DNA from: a virus
Length of the DNA: 64,000 bases
IMG/VR virus record: IMGVR_UViG_3300027091_000001
Coordinates: 3,711 to 67,710 of that record
Strand: one strand, 5' to 3'
The translations under genes were made by a program, and so were the position numbers. Positions within the stretch are counted from its first letter, which is position 1, and every line of letters starts with the position of its first letter. The notes below the pieces were generated by a model that saw nothing but the letters and a program-made list of their open reading frames with translations, did not search any database and was not told where the DNA came from. Positions 25,884 through 34,813 of this stretch are shown here, in pieces.

Positions 25884-26363
25884 CTAGACATCCACACTTA
25901 TGTAGCACCTATACGTTGATGCTACGCCATATTCGACTCGAGCGTCGGCAGTGTTAGTGACAACTACTTCAGACCCATCACGAAAGAACCACCATCGGTG
26001 ATTATTCTGAGAAATCTGGTTATCGAGTAACACGTCAATTCTATTCATTATCGCCTGAAGTTTTGAGAGTGCAATCGCTCCATCTTGTCGGTGATAACCC
26101 GTAATAGTCATGACTGGATACGTCATGATTCGATTTCCACACAAGGCACGTTCATCAGTTCCAGAAGAGATAAGCGAAACAACTACCAACGGGACGACTG
26201 GAGCCCTTTGGCTGATAGGGTCTACCTGAGGAGCCATCTCCATATAAATGCCTTGTTGATGACCCGGGACACGCCCGTCACCAGCAAGCAAGTCTTGTAA
26301 TGTTGTGTCGGCAGTGAGCGTTTGATAAACCCACTGAGATACGTCAAACCATTCAACTGACAT
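25884..26363 (-). CDS. tail terminator/completion protein (DUF3168-like)
   Basis: VYQTLTADTTLQDLL...IY...AP...P.VV pattern and synteny. Confidence 0.7.
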   Translation of the reverse strand: MSVEWFDVSQWVYQTLTADTTLQDLLAGDGRVPGHQQGIYMEMAPQVDPISQRAPVVPLVVVSLISSGTDERALCGNRIMTYPVMTITGYHRQDGAIALSKLQAIMNRIDVLLDNQISQNNHRWWFFRDGSEVVVTNTADARVEYGVASTYRCYISVDV

Positions 26364-26689
26364 TACAACAACCTCCGTTTAATATCAGTTAGACCGAGAC
26401 TCATTACAACCTCAGCATCCAATGCCGCCTTCTTCATAAAGAACCTAGGTCTATTCGTTGATGAGCCATACTCAACAAACTGTGCATAATCCTGATTCGT
26501 GTATACAGAATACTTTTCCCCGCCATAAGGGCTGATATCCGAGGATATCTGGATTGACTTCTTCAAACGACCAGTATCAACAGGCACGTACTTCTTTGCT
26601 TTCACATGAGCCACTGTGGCTACCTTATGTGAAAGCATATTGACCTCCTCAAGAGCCTTGTAGACAGGGTTGAAATTCTTCTTAAGCAT
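26363..26689 (-). CDS. HK97 gp10-like neck protein
   Basis: AKKYVPVDTGRLKKSI...YAQFVEYGS...PRFFMKKA. Confidence 0.85.
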   Translation of the reverse strand: MLKKNFNPVYKALEEVNMLSHKVATVAHVKAKKYVPVDTGRLKKSIQISSDISPYGGEKYSVYTNQDYAQFVEYGSSTNRPRFFMKKAALDAEVVMSLGLTDIKRRLL

Positions 26690-28557
26690 TACAGTGCCCC
26701 TACTCTTATGTTGACAGGCCCGTAGATTCTCACCCCCGGAGACAATGTGTATCTCACCTTAAGGCGATACATGCCTGCCGTACCCCATATTGCTGGAGGA
26801 ATCACCTCAACGAAACCAATCATGTCGGAGAGGATGTTGACTTGCATACCCGTGTATCCACCAACGCCAAACGTATACTCGACACCACTGTAAGCGTTGT
26901 GGACGATGCCAACGACAGTGCCACCAGCAACGGTAAGGTCTGGGTTAGAACCGTCGGCATTGAAGAGACGGAAGTAGAGAGGCTTCCTATCGCCAACCGT
27001 CTGGTAAATCAGGTTCGGTGTATCAATGTCTTCACTTAGGTCAGTAATCACAGCACTTCTAAGAGCCGTGTTTGCATTTGCAAGGATAGCCAGTAGTTTG
27101 ATTGTGACTACAGCCCCGTTCGTTCCACTCGCACCCCGCACGACGACCGTTACATCATCAGCCCCTGAAGCAACTGCCGCATCAGGTAGGTCAAGACGAT
27201 AGATTCCGGGCATATTAACGGAATTAACCTCAGCGAATCCTCCCGCTACCCAAGCCTGTGTAATCGTACGAGCCACCAACGGAATACTCACGGATGTTGA
27301 ACGAGTTCGGTTGTATCGAGCATTCAGTCCCGCTGTTGTTGCCGTTAGCCCTGTAACACCTAGGTAGAGTTCGATTGACTGGGAGGTTGAGGTGGGAGCG
27401 ATTGTGTTGGAGGCGTTTCTTTCGCTTGGCACAAACGTACCGACAGATGAAATCGACCTATATGTAGTCGTCCCCAAGTCAGGGGATGTGCCAGACCAAG
27501 GGAATCCATAAAGGTCAGTCGTCGGGCTAGATGCACTAATACCAAATGACGTATTACGGCTATTAGGAGTCGTTCCAAATGGTATAGCACCAAATCCTTG
27601 GAGCAATGCTTGACCAAGGTCAAATCCAAGGTGGTCACTCGTGATTGTGGAAGAGTCTGAATTTACTCCAGCCAAGTTTGAACCACAAAACAACAGGTTA
27701 TTACGTTGAATGACTACAGACGCACCAGCAGGGCTGTAAATCCCAACATTAGATAGGGCAATAATACAATTTTGAACGATGTGAGGAGTAGTTGCATTTC
27801 CCCCACCTACTTGAATTGCATTGGAGGTGCTTTGCATGACGATGCAGTTTGATATCGTTACGGCATTTGATAGTGAGGAACTAGCAACATTAGTGCTTAT
27901 GAATATTGGAAAGGTATTTTGCCAACCGTTTCCTTGAATACGATTATTACTAATCACAACACCTGAGTGACCAGTCGCACCAGTTTGAGCCTGAAGGTTG
28001 ACGAAAATCCCGTAAGCACATCCAAAGATTATATTTGAATCAATTAGAATACTATTCCCAGTCGTGAGCGCAGTTGTACCAAAAAATATAGCACCACCAA
28101 CAGCACCACCAAGGTAATAACTAAATATGACGTTCTTGCGGATAGTAATGTTAGTCCCAGAAGTTGTAGATGAAATGGCATACGTTCCACCAGCGGCATT
28201 GTGTTCGATAAAGAGATTCTCTACCGTAATGTAACTTTTGACATTGAGGTTCAATCGGGTTGCACTAGCACTATAGGTGATGTCTGAAGTAGCACCTGTT
28301 AGTCGGACGTTACCAGCCGTTAGCGTGGGAAACTGAGCCGCTGTAGGGTCACCAGAAATGATTAGGCGGTTTGCACTCGTAGGAGTTATCGTAACCGTAG
28401 GACTTTCACGGTAAACGCCCGGAGCAATGTACAAGTAGTTATCACCAGCCGTCAGAACCATATTGGCTAAGGCATAGGTTATTGTTGCCCATGCCAGAGA
28501 TGGGCTCGTACCAGCGTTACCGTTACCGCCATCTTGTCGGACGTAATACGTTGCCAT
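26689..28557 (-). CDS. tail fibre/spike-like protein with beta-helix domain
   Basis: MATYYVRQDGGNGNAG...AW.TI N-terminus; parallel beta-helix-like repeats; paralog of 32268..34127. Confidence 0.7.
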   Translation of the reverse strand: MATYYVRQDGGNGNAGTSPSLAWATITYALANMVLTAGDNYLYIAPGVYRESPTVTITPTSANRLIISGDPTAAQFPTLTAGNVRLTGATSDITYSASATRLNLNVKSYITVENLFIEHNAAGGTYAISSTTSGTNITIRKNVIFSYYLGGAVGGAIFFGTTALTTGNSILIDSNIIFGCAYGIFVNLQAQTGATGHSGVVISNNRIQGNGWQNTFPIFISTNVASSSLSNAVTISNCIVMQSTSNAIQVGGGNATTPHIVQNCIIALSNVGIYSPAGASVVIQRNNLLFCGSNLAGVNSDSSTITSDHLGFDLGQALLQGFGAIPFGTTPNSRNTSFGISASSPTTDLYGFPWSGTSPDLGTTTYRSISSVGTFVPSERNASNTIAPTSTSQSIELYLGVTGLTATTAGLNARYNRTRSTSVSIPLVARTITQAWVAGGFAEVNSVNMPGIYRLDLPDAAVASGADDVTVVVRGASGTNGAVVTIKLLAILANANTALRSAVITDLSEDIDTPNLIYQTVGDRKPLYFRLFNADGSNPDLTVAGGTVVGIVHNAYSGVEYTFGVGGYTGMQVNILSDMIGFVEVIPPAIWGTAGMYRLKVRYTLSPGVRIYGPVNIRVGAL

Positions 28558-28784
28558 TACTCCGCATCCCCAGACATGATTTGCTGAGCCATCGTGACTG
28601 CAAAACTTTGTACAGTATTCATTTGGAAAAACTCGTCTTGCCTAACCCACCACTCATTAACACTCGTTCCATCTTCACCAAAGGTCGCGACAAGTATGTC
28701 GTCATCAGTAAGTATGTCACCGTATACTAGCCAGTCGGTTGAAGGTGCTGGTTGTTTCTCGATTCTGAAATTCTGTAGGTTCAT
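28557..28784 (-). CDS. small tail-associated hypothetical protein
   Basis: Coupled ORF in structural operon. Confidence 0.65.
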   Translation of the reverse strand: MNLQNFRIEKQPAPSTDWLVYGDILTDDDILVATFGEDGTSVNEWWVRQDEFFQMNTVQSFAVTMAQQIMSGDAE

Positions 28785-29116
28785 TTGTTATCCCCGACCG
28801 TTACCATTGCCGCCCCATACGTTTTCATAGCCATACCTATGGTGTACAGGATACTCACCTTGAATACCCCTATTTCACTCCAAGAAGGAGTAGGGACAAC
28901 CTCAATAAGCCCAACCAAATCAGGTAGTACATTGACAACCCAATCTGTTTCAATGCCGTCAACCAAGCACACAAGCGTTCCACCTTCAGCATATAAGTTA
29001 GGATTAGTTTCATCAGCATCAGCCAGCAAGAAATACATCGATTGATTGCTATCAAGAGGACAATACATCTTGGTATCCGATGATTCGTACTCACTTAAAT
29101 TCTTAACGATAGACAT
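28781..29116 (-). CDS. Ig/BppU-like tail-associated protein
   Basis: Similar to C-terminal domain of 26689 ORF (G.+EV+P...W...G.+++.+.YT). Confidence 0.6.
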   Translation of the reverse strand: MSIVKNLSEYESSDTKMYCPLDSNQSMYFLLADADETNPNLYAEGGTLVCLVDGIETDWVVNVLPDLVGLIEVVPTPSWSEIGVFKVSILYTIGMAMKTYGAAMVTVGDNK

Positions 29117-29165
29117 ACTCTCTCCAAACTGTTGACAAGTGAAATTTTGTGTGTTACACTTTCAC

Positions 29166-29666
29166 ATGAGGCAATTGTACGAGGTATCTTGTGACCGTGC
29201 ATTGCAAGTCGTTGTACTAGAGTACTTGCAATCAGTCGCACTGTCCAAAATGGGTGAAGAGTGGCGGGTTTCAATGACAGAGCCCAATGCTTTTTTGGAT
29301 TACATTTGGTGGAAAGATGGTGTCGGCATTCATCACGCCGAGTTGAAGAGACGCAACACCGCTCACAACACTTACCCAGACTACATGATTAGTTCGTCAA
29401 AGTTACTGAAGATTCAGTCGGAGTGTCATCGAGGTTTCTTGTTCGTCATCTTCAGTGATGGGTTGTTTTACAAGACGATTGACCGTGGAGAAGAGTTTAA
29501 CATCAAGCACGGCGGACGGACGAAGGCAGTTCGTGACAAATGGGATGCAAACGGGGAAGACTGTGCCTACATCCCTCACCAGCAACTCAAACTTGCCGCT
29601 GGCTGGAGTGAGTGGTGGCAACTCCGTGCAAGGAACGCCCTACACGGAGTCATTGACAAGCCCTAG
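29166..29666 (+). CDS. putative PD-(D/E)XK nuclease (leaderless)
   Basis: AFLDY...HAELKRRN pattern; TTGACA-17-TACACT-5-ATG. Confidence 0.55.
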   Translation: MRQLYEVSCDRALQVVVLEYLQSVALSKMGEEWRVSMTEPNAFLDYIWWKDGVGIHHAELKRRNTAHNTYPDYMISSSKLLKIQSECHRGFLFVIFSDGLFYKTIDRGEEFNIKHGGRTKAVRDKWDANGEDCAYIPHQQLKLAAGWSEWWQLRARNALHGVIDKP

Positions 29667-30376
29667 CCATCCATCAACGCCAGTTGCACACGGTCGTGAA
29701 GCATCTGTGCGATTTGCTTAAGTGACGCTTGAAATCCTCTGTCAGCAACGACCTGAATGATAGTCGGTTTCTTTGACCCCCACTCAGCAACCGTGATTGA
29801 CTTCTGACTAAACTGATACATAACAGACAATGCCGCTTCCGTATCACTTGGAAGGTTGTGGTGATAGATGAGATTCATCTCGCTTAATCCACATACCAAC
29901 ATCTGGTACTGAATTTGTGTCATCACGTAGTCGCAAGGCTTTCCGGTTTGAGCAAACTTAGTCGAGTAAGACTTTCCGCACTTCACTTCTAGTCCATGCC
30001 ACCGACCGTCAACTTCAACCAGCCCGTCGAGCGACACCCTCATAAAAGGCAGTTCAACAGACTCAGCACATACTGGTTCAAAAGCCATTCCAAGGACGTT
30101 ACTCGCATAGTCACGAGCATATGGTTCAAGGATTGTGCCGACCTCCATCGCCATTTTGACTTGATATGGAGGATTCCAAGGCTCACTCAGTCCGAGTTTG
30201 TCGTTAACTATGTCATCGAAGTTGTGCTTTGTCACAGCCGATGCAACTTCCGTTGCCGTCACGCCTTGCTTACGCCAATTGAGCCACTCTTGAGTTCCCT
30301 GTTCTAAGTCCACTGTACGAAACAATTTCATTTTAGTTTTACGTCGTCTTTCCGCAACCATCGCATCCATTGTCAA
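29663..30376 (-). CDS. YqaJ-like (lambda Exo-type) recombination exonuclease
   Basis: QGTQEWLNWRKQGVTATE, GTILEP.AR, MRVSLDGL, LEVKC, QIQYQM; start may be 30331. Confidence 0.9.
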   Translation of the reverse strand: MTMDAMVAERRRKTKMKLFRTVDLEQGTQEWLNWRKQGVTATEVASAVTKHNFDDIVNDKLGLSEPWNPPYQVKMAMEVGTILEPYARDYASNVLGMAFEPVCAESVELPFMRVSLDGLVEVDGRWHGLEVKCGKSYSTKFAQTGKPCDYVMTQIQYQMLVCGLSEMNLIYHHNLPSDTEAALSVMYQFSQKSITVAEWGSKKPTIIQVVADRGFQASLKQIAQMLHDRVQLALMDG

Positions 30377-30611
30377 TCACAAGCACTGTTACAGGCTCAG
30401 GGACGATTGGAGGCTGTACGGGCGTTGTAGAGGCTCCAGAGACTATCTCATCGATAACCGCTTGCCCCTCGGTTTCAGTTGGGTAGAACCCATCAAAAAC
30501 CTTTTCCAGTTCCGTGCCATCATTCATCATAACGCTCACGTACCAAGAGTCATTGTTCATGTCTACTAGTCGTGTCGAGTTGACCGTATACGGGAAATTA
30601 ATCATTGCCAT
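30339..30611 (-). CDS. hypothetical protein
   Basis: 90-aa ORF with GGAGG RBS. Confidence 0.65.
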   Translation of the reverse strand: MAMINFPYTVNSTRLVDMNNDSWYVSVMMNDGTELEKVFDGFYPTETEGQAVIDEIVSGASTTPVQPPIVPEPVTVLVIDNGCDGCGKTT

Positions 30612-30721
30612 AAGAGACCTCCATTTGATTGTAGCCCTGACAGACTATCCGAACACCAATACTATTGCCACGAGTTTCAATAGTATTACAAAAATATATT
30701 TACCAATGTTGTAAAAAAGAC

Positions 30722-30764
30722 TTGACAACGCTATTTACGTGTAGTAATGTATTTACATCAAGTT
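30722..30764 (+). promoter_or_regulatory. island promoter (TCAAGTT class)
   Basis: TTGACA-17-TAATGT-7-TCAAGTT. Confidence 0.85.
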
Positions 30765-30782
30765 CACGTAGGAGAAACGACA

Positions 30783-31040
30783 ATGGAAGTACTCACAAGC
30801 ATCATCAACATGAAAAAGGTTGACATCATCCTTGCAGGGAACATCGCTATTAACTGTGGTGACATCAAGGTGATGAATCGCATCCAGTCTGAGGCAATGT
30901 ATTGGAATCGACATCGTAATGACATTGACGTTGACCTCGTAATCGACCTTATCGAGGCTCAAATCGACAACCTGATGGAACGTGATTTCGATGTAGACCA
31001 CTTCGTCAAGTTAGAGTTGGAATTGGAGGCGGGACGCTAA
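30783..31040 (+). CDS. acidic hypothetical protein
   Basis: Start MEVLTS after TAGGAG. Confidence 0.7.
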   Translation: MEVLTSIINMKKVDIILAGNIAINCGDIKVMNRIQSEAMYWNRHRNDIDVDLVIDLIEAQIDNLMERDFDVDHFVKLELELEAGR

Positions 31041-31243
31041 TGTTCCTTTACACGCTAAACGGAGTGGTTGTTGAAATCACTCCCCTGACAACAGTTGACG
31101 GTTGGGACGTGTGGAACGTCAAGTCAACAGAGAATGGCACAGTCCGTGAATGGCACGGATTCAAAGCCCAGCATTTTGACCTCAGGAACCTCCCAAACGA
31201 GGCTATTGAGTTCATTATTAACGACCTTAGAACGTATTGCTAG
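31040..31243 (+). CDS. hypothetical protein
   Basis: TAATG coupling. Confidence 0.7.
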   Translation: MFLYTLNGVVVEITPLTTVDGWDVWNVKSTENGTVREWHGFKAQHFDLRNLPNEAIEFIINDLRTYC

Positions 31244-31252
31244 GAGAAGACA

Positions 31253-31543
31253 ATGACAGCACAACAAATCAACAACCTTGAGGCGGATAGAGCCGCATAC
31301 GAAATCTTCATGATGATGGGACAGGAGAAGCGACTATTCACAGACCAGTTAGTCGCCCTAGCCAAGGATATTGCCAAGGCTGGAGAGCAAATGCCAGTCT
31401 TCTACAAGTACGCCCTACACGTCCTTGACCAGTGGTACGGGTGGGAGCAAGACCCGCACGTAGGCGAAAGCAAAGAGGTTATGGAACTGAGTTTTGAGTA
31501 TGCATCCAAGTACGCCGAGGCAACCGGAATCAATTTACAATAA
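31253..31543 (+). CDS. hypothetical protein
   Basis: AGGAG RBS. Confidence 0.7.
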   Translation: MTAQQINNLEADRAAYEIFMMMGQEKRLFTDQLVALAKDIAKAGEQMPVFYKYALHVLDQWYGWEQDPHVGESKEVMELSFEYASKYAEATGINLQ

Positions 31544-31558
31544 TAGTTGACAACAAGG

Positions 31559-31604
31559 TTGACATCCAGTGTAGAGTGTGGAATACTCTAATCAATCAAG
31601 TTCG
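31559..31604 (+). promoter_or_regulatory. island promoter (TCAAGTT class)
   Basis: TTGACA-17-AATACT-8-TCAAGTTCG. Confidence 0.85.
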
Positions 31605-31616
31605 GGAGACAACACA

Positions 31617-31862
31617 ATGACATACACAAACCGCTACGAAGACACGCTGACAATACTAGGAACAGAAGTCTATTACTTCATCCCTCACCTCAAAGTACTC
31701 CCAGTGGTTTACGCCAAGGCAAAAATCATCCGCTATGACGGATACCTTCCTTCCTACATCGAGTTCCCCCTTGAAGGTCTCGACATCAAGAATCTCACCG
31801 ATGAGCAAATCAATACCATCACCGATGAGGCTGACCGCCGTGCTGGTGTGCACCTCATCTAA
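31617..31862 (+). CDS. hypothetical protein
   Basis: Start MTYTNRY after GGGAG. Confidence 0.7.
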   Translation: MTYTNRYEDTLTILGTEVYYFIPHLKVLPVVYAKAKIIRYDGYLPSYIEFPLEGLDIKNLTDEQINTITDEADRRAGVHLI

Positions 31863-31881
31863 AATATATTTATCGCACCTA

Positions 31882-31927
31882 TTGACTTCTTGTTGATAGT
31901 GTGCGATACTCTAAACAGTCAAGTTCG
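31882..31927 (+). promoter_or_regulatory. island promoter (TCAAGTT class)
   Basis: TTGACT-17-GATACT-8-TCAAGTTCG. Confidence 0.8.
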
Positions 31928-31943
31928 AAAGAGGAGAAAAACA

Positions 31944-32174
31944 ATGAACGAAATCACCATCACGACCCCGGGTCGCTACGCTGTAATCAAGGTCGCTACC
32001 GGAGTGACATCCACGTTTGTCTACATGGCGGACGCAAAGTTTGATGCTCGCAACCACGGTAGCACGAGCATTATCGTTGACTTGGAAAACCAAGTCATCG
32101 TTGACGTATACGACGGAGAATACGGACACGTCTCCATCGGAATCAACGGTCTAGAGCACGAGGAAATTGGCTAG
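31944..32174 (+). CDS. hypothetical protein
   Basis: Start MNEITIT after GAGGAG. Confidence 0.7.
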   Translation: MNEITITTPGRYAVIKVATGVTSTFVYMADAKFDARNHGSTSIIVDLENQVIVDVYDGEYGHVSIGINGLEHEEIG

Positions 32175-32188
32175 GATACCACCCACGG

Positions 32189-32217
32189 AAAAGCCCCCGA
32201 TTTGGGGGCTTTTTTAT
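32189..32217. terminator. bidirectional terminator
   Basis: aaaagccccc-gattt-gggggctttttt. Confidence 0.8.
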
Positions 32218-32267
32218 TGCATCGATTAGATATGCCAACGAAGTGTAAAAACGCCTGTACGGGCATT

Positions 32268-34127
32268 CTAGAGGCTCCTGACAACCATCCTTAGAGGGCC
32301 GAACACCTGAGTGCCATCGTCATCAGTCCGATTGACGTAAACCTTGTATGTTCCGGGCTCATTCGTGTACGCTGTTGACAATCTGAACGACAACCGACCA
32401 CCATCGACATAGAGAGGAGTCGTTGTAGCCGAGATGACTACACCGCTACTGTCAGCGATACTCACGGACGTTGTTGCACCAGTGAGAGGGATAGACACGC
32501 CGTCGGCATCTTCTAGTGCTAATTCAATGTCGTGTTCTGAACCCTGAACAATGTCAATGATATTGTCTTCAACACGGTTACCACGCATTCGAGTGACTTT
32601 GAACGTACCCATACGAACCATGAGTGGTGCTGGAGCCGAGAAGCGAATGTGCGTGATAGATATGCCAAGACCAGTAAGACCTTTACCAACGACCGCTACA
32701 CCCGTCGTACCGGAAAGAAAAGCGGCATTCGGAACATCGAGGCGATAAATCCCCGGCTGATTGACCGCATCTACTTCACAGAACCCACCACTGACCCAAG
32801 CACCAGTTACCGTCTGTGCTACCGGAGTAATCAACACAGATGCCGACCTATCCCGAGTGTATGAAAGAAGTAATCCAGTTGTCGAGTACGTTAGCCCAGA
32901 CCAACCAAGGGAAATGTAAATCGTCTGACTAGTTGTATTTTCAGGCACAAAAATCGTTGACTCAATCCGCTCAGATGGTACATACGGGACAGTAGTGACC
33001 GTTGCTGAATAGTTATTGAATGCTCCAATATGAGGAGTGCCATTACCATCCCAAGCATTTCCAAAGATGTCAGTTAGCGGAGTTCCCGTTGCACTGTATC
33101 CGGCAAGACCCGCAAGGGTTGGGATAGTTGTGCCAACGAGTGTCCCTGAGTTTTTAATGAACGGATGTGGGTCATGATAAGGATAATCGTATACTGAGCC
33201 TATTTGATAAAGCCGTGCAGGAGCATCAGGAATATTGTTATAATCAAACATGTCATCAAGGTTTGATGTAAATGTTGGCGTTACTCCAGAGAAACTCACA
33301 TTTACGTATGAATTGTTCTCTACAACATAATTAGAGCCAAGACAATTTGTGCCACCCAAACCACTTGCGGCGAAGTAATTGTTTCGTAGAATGACGTTTC
33401 CACGAGTATTAGAGACACTACCAGAAAGATTATAGTTGTTCACAAAATATATACCTTGAGGCCCAGTAAACAAATTACTAGTGTTTGTTACATAAATTGC
33501 CATCCCATAGCACCTGTCTACTGTCATGTTATAGGTATAGTTTGCGGCAGGAAGAGTGGTCTGGTTATCGTTCCAAACTGACTGCACACCTCTCCCAGCA
33601 TTGAAACACTGTGTGAATAAGATATTACGTGTGACTGATGGTGCATGAGTAACAAGAACTACATCAATCTGTTGCTGTCCAGTTGAAAGGAATATGCACT
33701 TCCTAAACGTCAGGTTCGTCCCTGTCCTTGCATGAAATACTGGCCGCTGTAAGTATGCCTGTTCAAATATTATATTTTCCCAAGTCATGAAGTTCTTAAA
33801 GTTCAGGTCAATCATTGGAGTCTGAGCACCAACACCTGTACCTGCATCACTTCCAACTCTACTGGAGATGAGGACACGAGCGGCAGTCATACCGGGAAAC
33901 TGAGATGCGGTTGGGTCACCCTTGATAAACGTCTGAGTTGTGTATGTCCCAGCAACAGTTATTGTAGACACACGTCTGATATCACCCGGAGCAATCCACA
34001 GCGTGTCACCAGAGCCAATGCCAGTCGCACCAAGAGCCTTCTCAAGTGTTTGCCAAGCAAGTGCCGTTGTATAACCTAACCCAGTGTTTGAATCATTACC
34101 ATCAAGTCTTACGTAATATGTTGCCAT
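32268..34127 (-). CDS. tail fibre/spike-like protein, paralog of 26689..28557
   Basis: MATYYVRLDGNDSNTG...AWQTL; shared middle and C-terminal modules. Confidence 0.7.
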   Translation of the reverse strand: MATYYVRLDGNDSNTGLGYTTALAWQTLEKALGATGIGSGDTLWIAPGDIRRVSTITVAGTYTTQTFIKGDPTASQFPGMTAARVLISSRVGSDAGTGVGAQTPMIDLNFKNFMTWENIIFEQAYLQRPVFHARTGTNLTFRKCIFLSTGQQQIDVVLVTHAPSVTRNILFTQCFNAGRGVQSVWNDNQTTLPAANYTYNMTVDRCYGMAIYVTNTSNLFTGPQGIYFVNNYNLSGSVSNTRGNVILRNNYFAASGLGGTNCLGSNYVVENNSYVNVSFSGVTPTFTSNLDDMFDYNNIPDAPARLYQIGSVYDYPYHDPHPFIKNSGTLVGTTIPTLAGLAGYSATGTPLTDIFGNAWDGNGTPHIGAFNNYSATVTTVPYVPSERIESTIFVPENTTSQTIYISLGWSGLTYSTTGLLLSYTRDRSASVLITPVAQTVTGAWVSGGFCEVDAVNQPGIYRLDVPNAAFLSGTTGVAVVGKGLTGLGISITHIRFSAPAPLMVRMGTFKVTRMRGNRVEDNIIDIVQGSEHDIELALEDADGVSIPLTGATTSVSIADSSGVVISATTTPLYVDGGRLSFRLSTAYTNEPGTYKVYVNRTDDDGTQVFGPLRMVVRSL

Positions 34128-34813
34128 TAGAGTGACCTTACTACCATTCGAATAGGGCCAAAGATTTGTACGTCATCTTGACCGCCATTCCGTTCAACGT
34201 AGATTTTGTATGTCCCAGCGATATTAGTGTAAGAGGTAAGGAGAGGGAAGGTGAGCCTTCCACCCGGTGCATAGACAATCGTACCTTGTGTAGGGTAGGT
34301 TGTACCAGCGGCACTGACGACACGAACCCATAGCGTGGTATTCGCAATCGAGACCTCTCCGCCTTCGCTGTCAAGAAGGATGAGTTCGATGTCATGGCTT
34401 GCTCCTTTAAAGATGTCAATAGCGACATCTTTGATGCCTACTCCTCCAGCACTGTTGAGTTTGAATGGGCCCATGCGTAAGTCATATGCTCCGATATCGC
34501 TTAGTCCCAAGTCAGATGCATCATAGGGGTCGTACAAAACAACGAGTATTTCACGGTCTGTTGGGTCAGCCCCTGTAGCCGAGGCATGAACAACCAGCGA
34601 GCCAGCCGTGTCCGTATCCGTTGCCGTCGGTGTCAGTTTGTACCATCCGTATCCAACCTCAGTCACAGTTCCACTTGGAGTAATAAAACTACCTCCATTT
34701 TTACTGACAACGACAATAGGAGTTTTGCTGATTGCTCCGGTAATGTGGTCGGTGGAATTGATAAGAAGGAATGGAATAACCTTACTTGTGCTTCCTGCTT
34801 TTATTGTCAGCAT
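34127..34813 (-). CDS. two-domain tail-associated structural protein
   Basis: C-terminus QIFGPIRMVVRSL shared with 32268 ORF. Confidence 0.65.
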   Translation of the reverse strand: MLTIKAGSTSKVIPFLLINSTDHITGAISKTPIVVVSKNGGSFITPSGTVTEVGYGWYKLTPTATDTDTAGSLVVHASATGADPTDREILVVLYDPYDASDLGLSDIGAYDLRMGPFKLNSAGGVGIKDVAIDIFKGASHDIELILLDSEGGEVSIANTTLWVRVVSAAGTTYPTQGTIVYAPGGRLTFPLLTSYTNIAGTYKIYVERNGGQDDVQIFGPIRMVVRSL

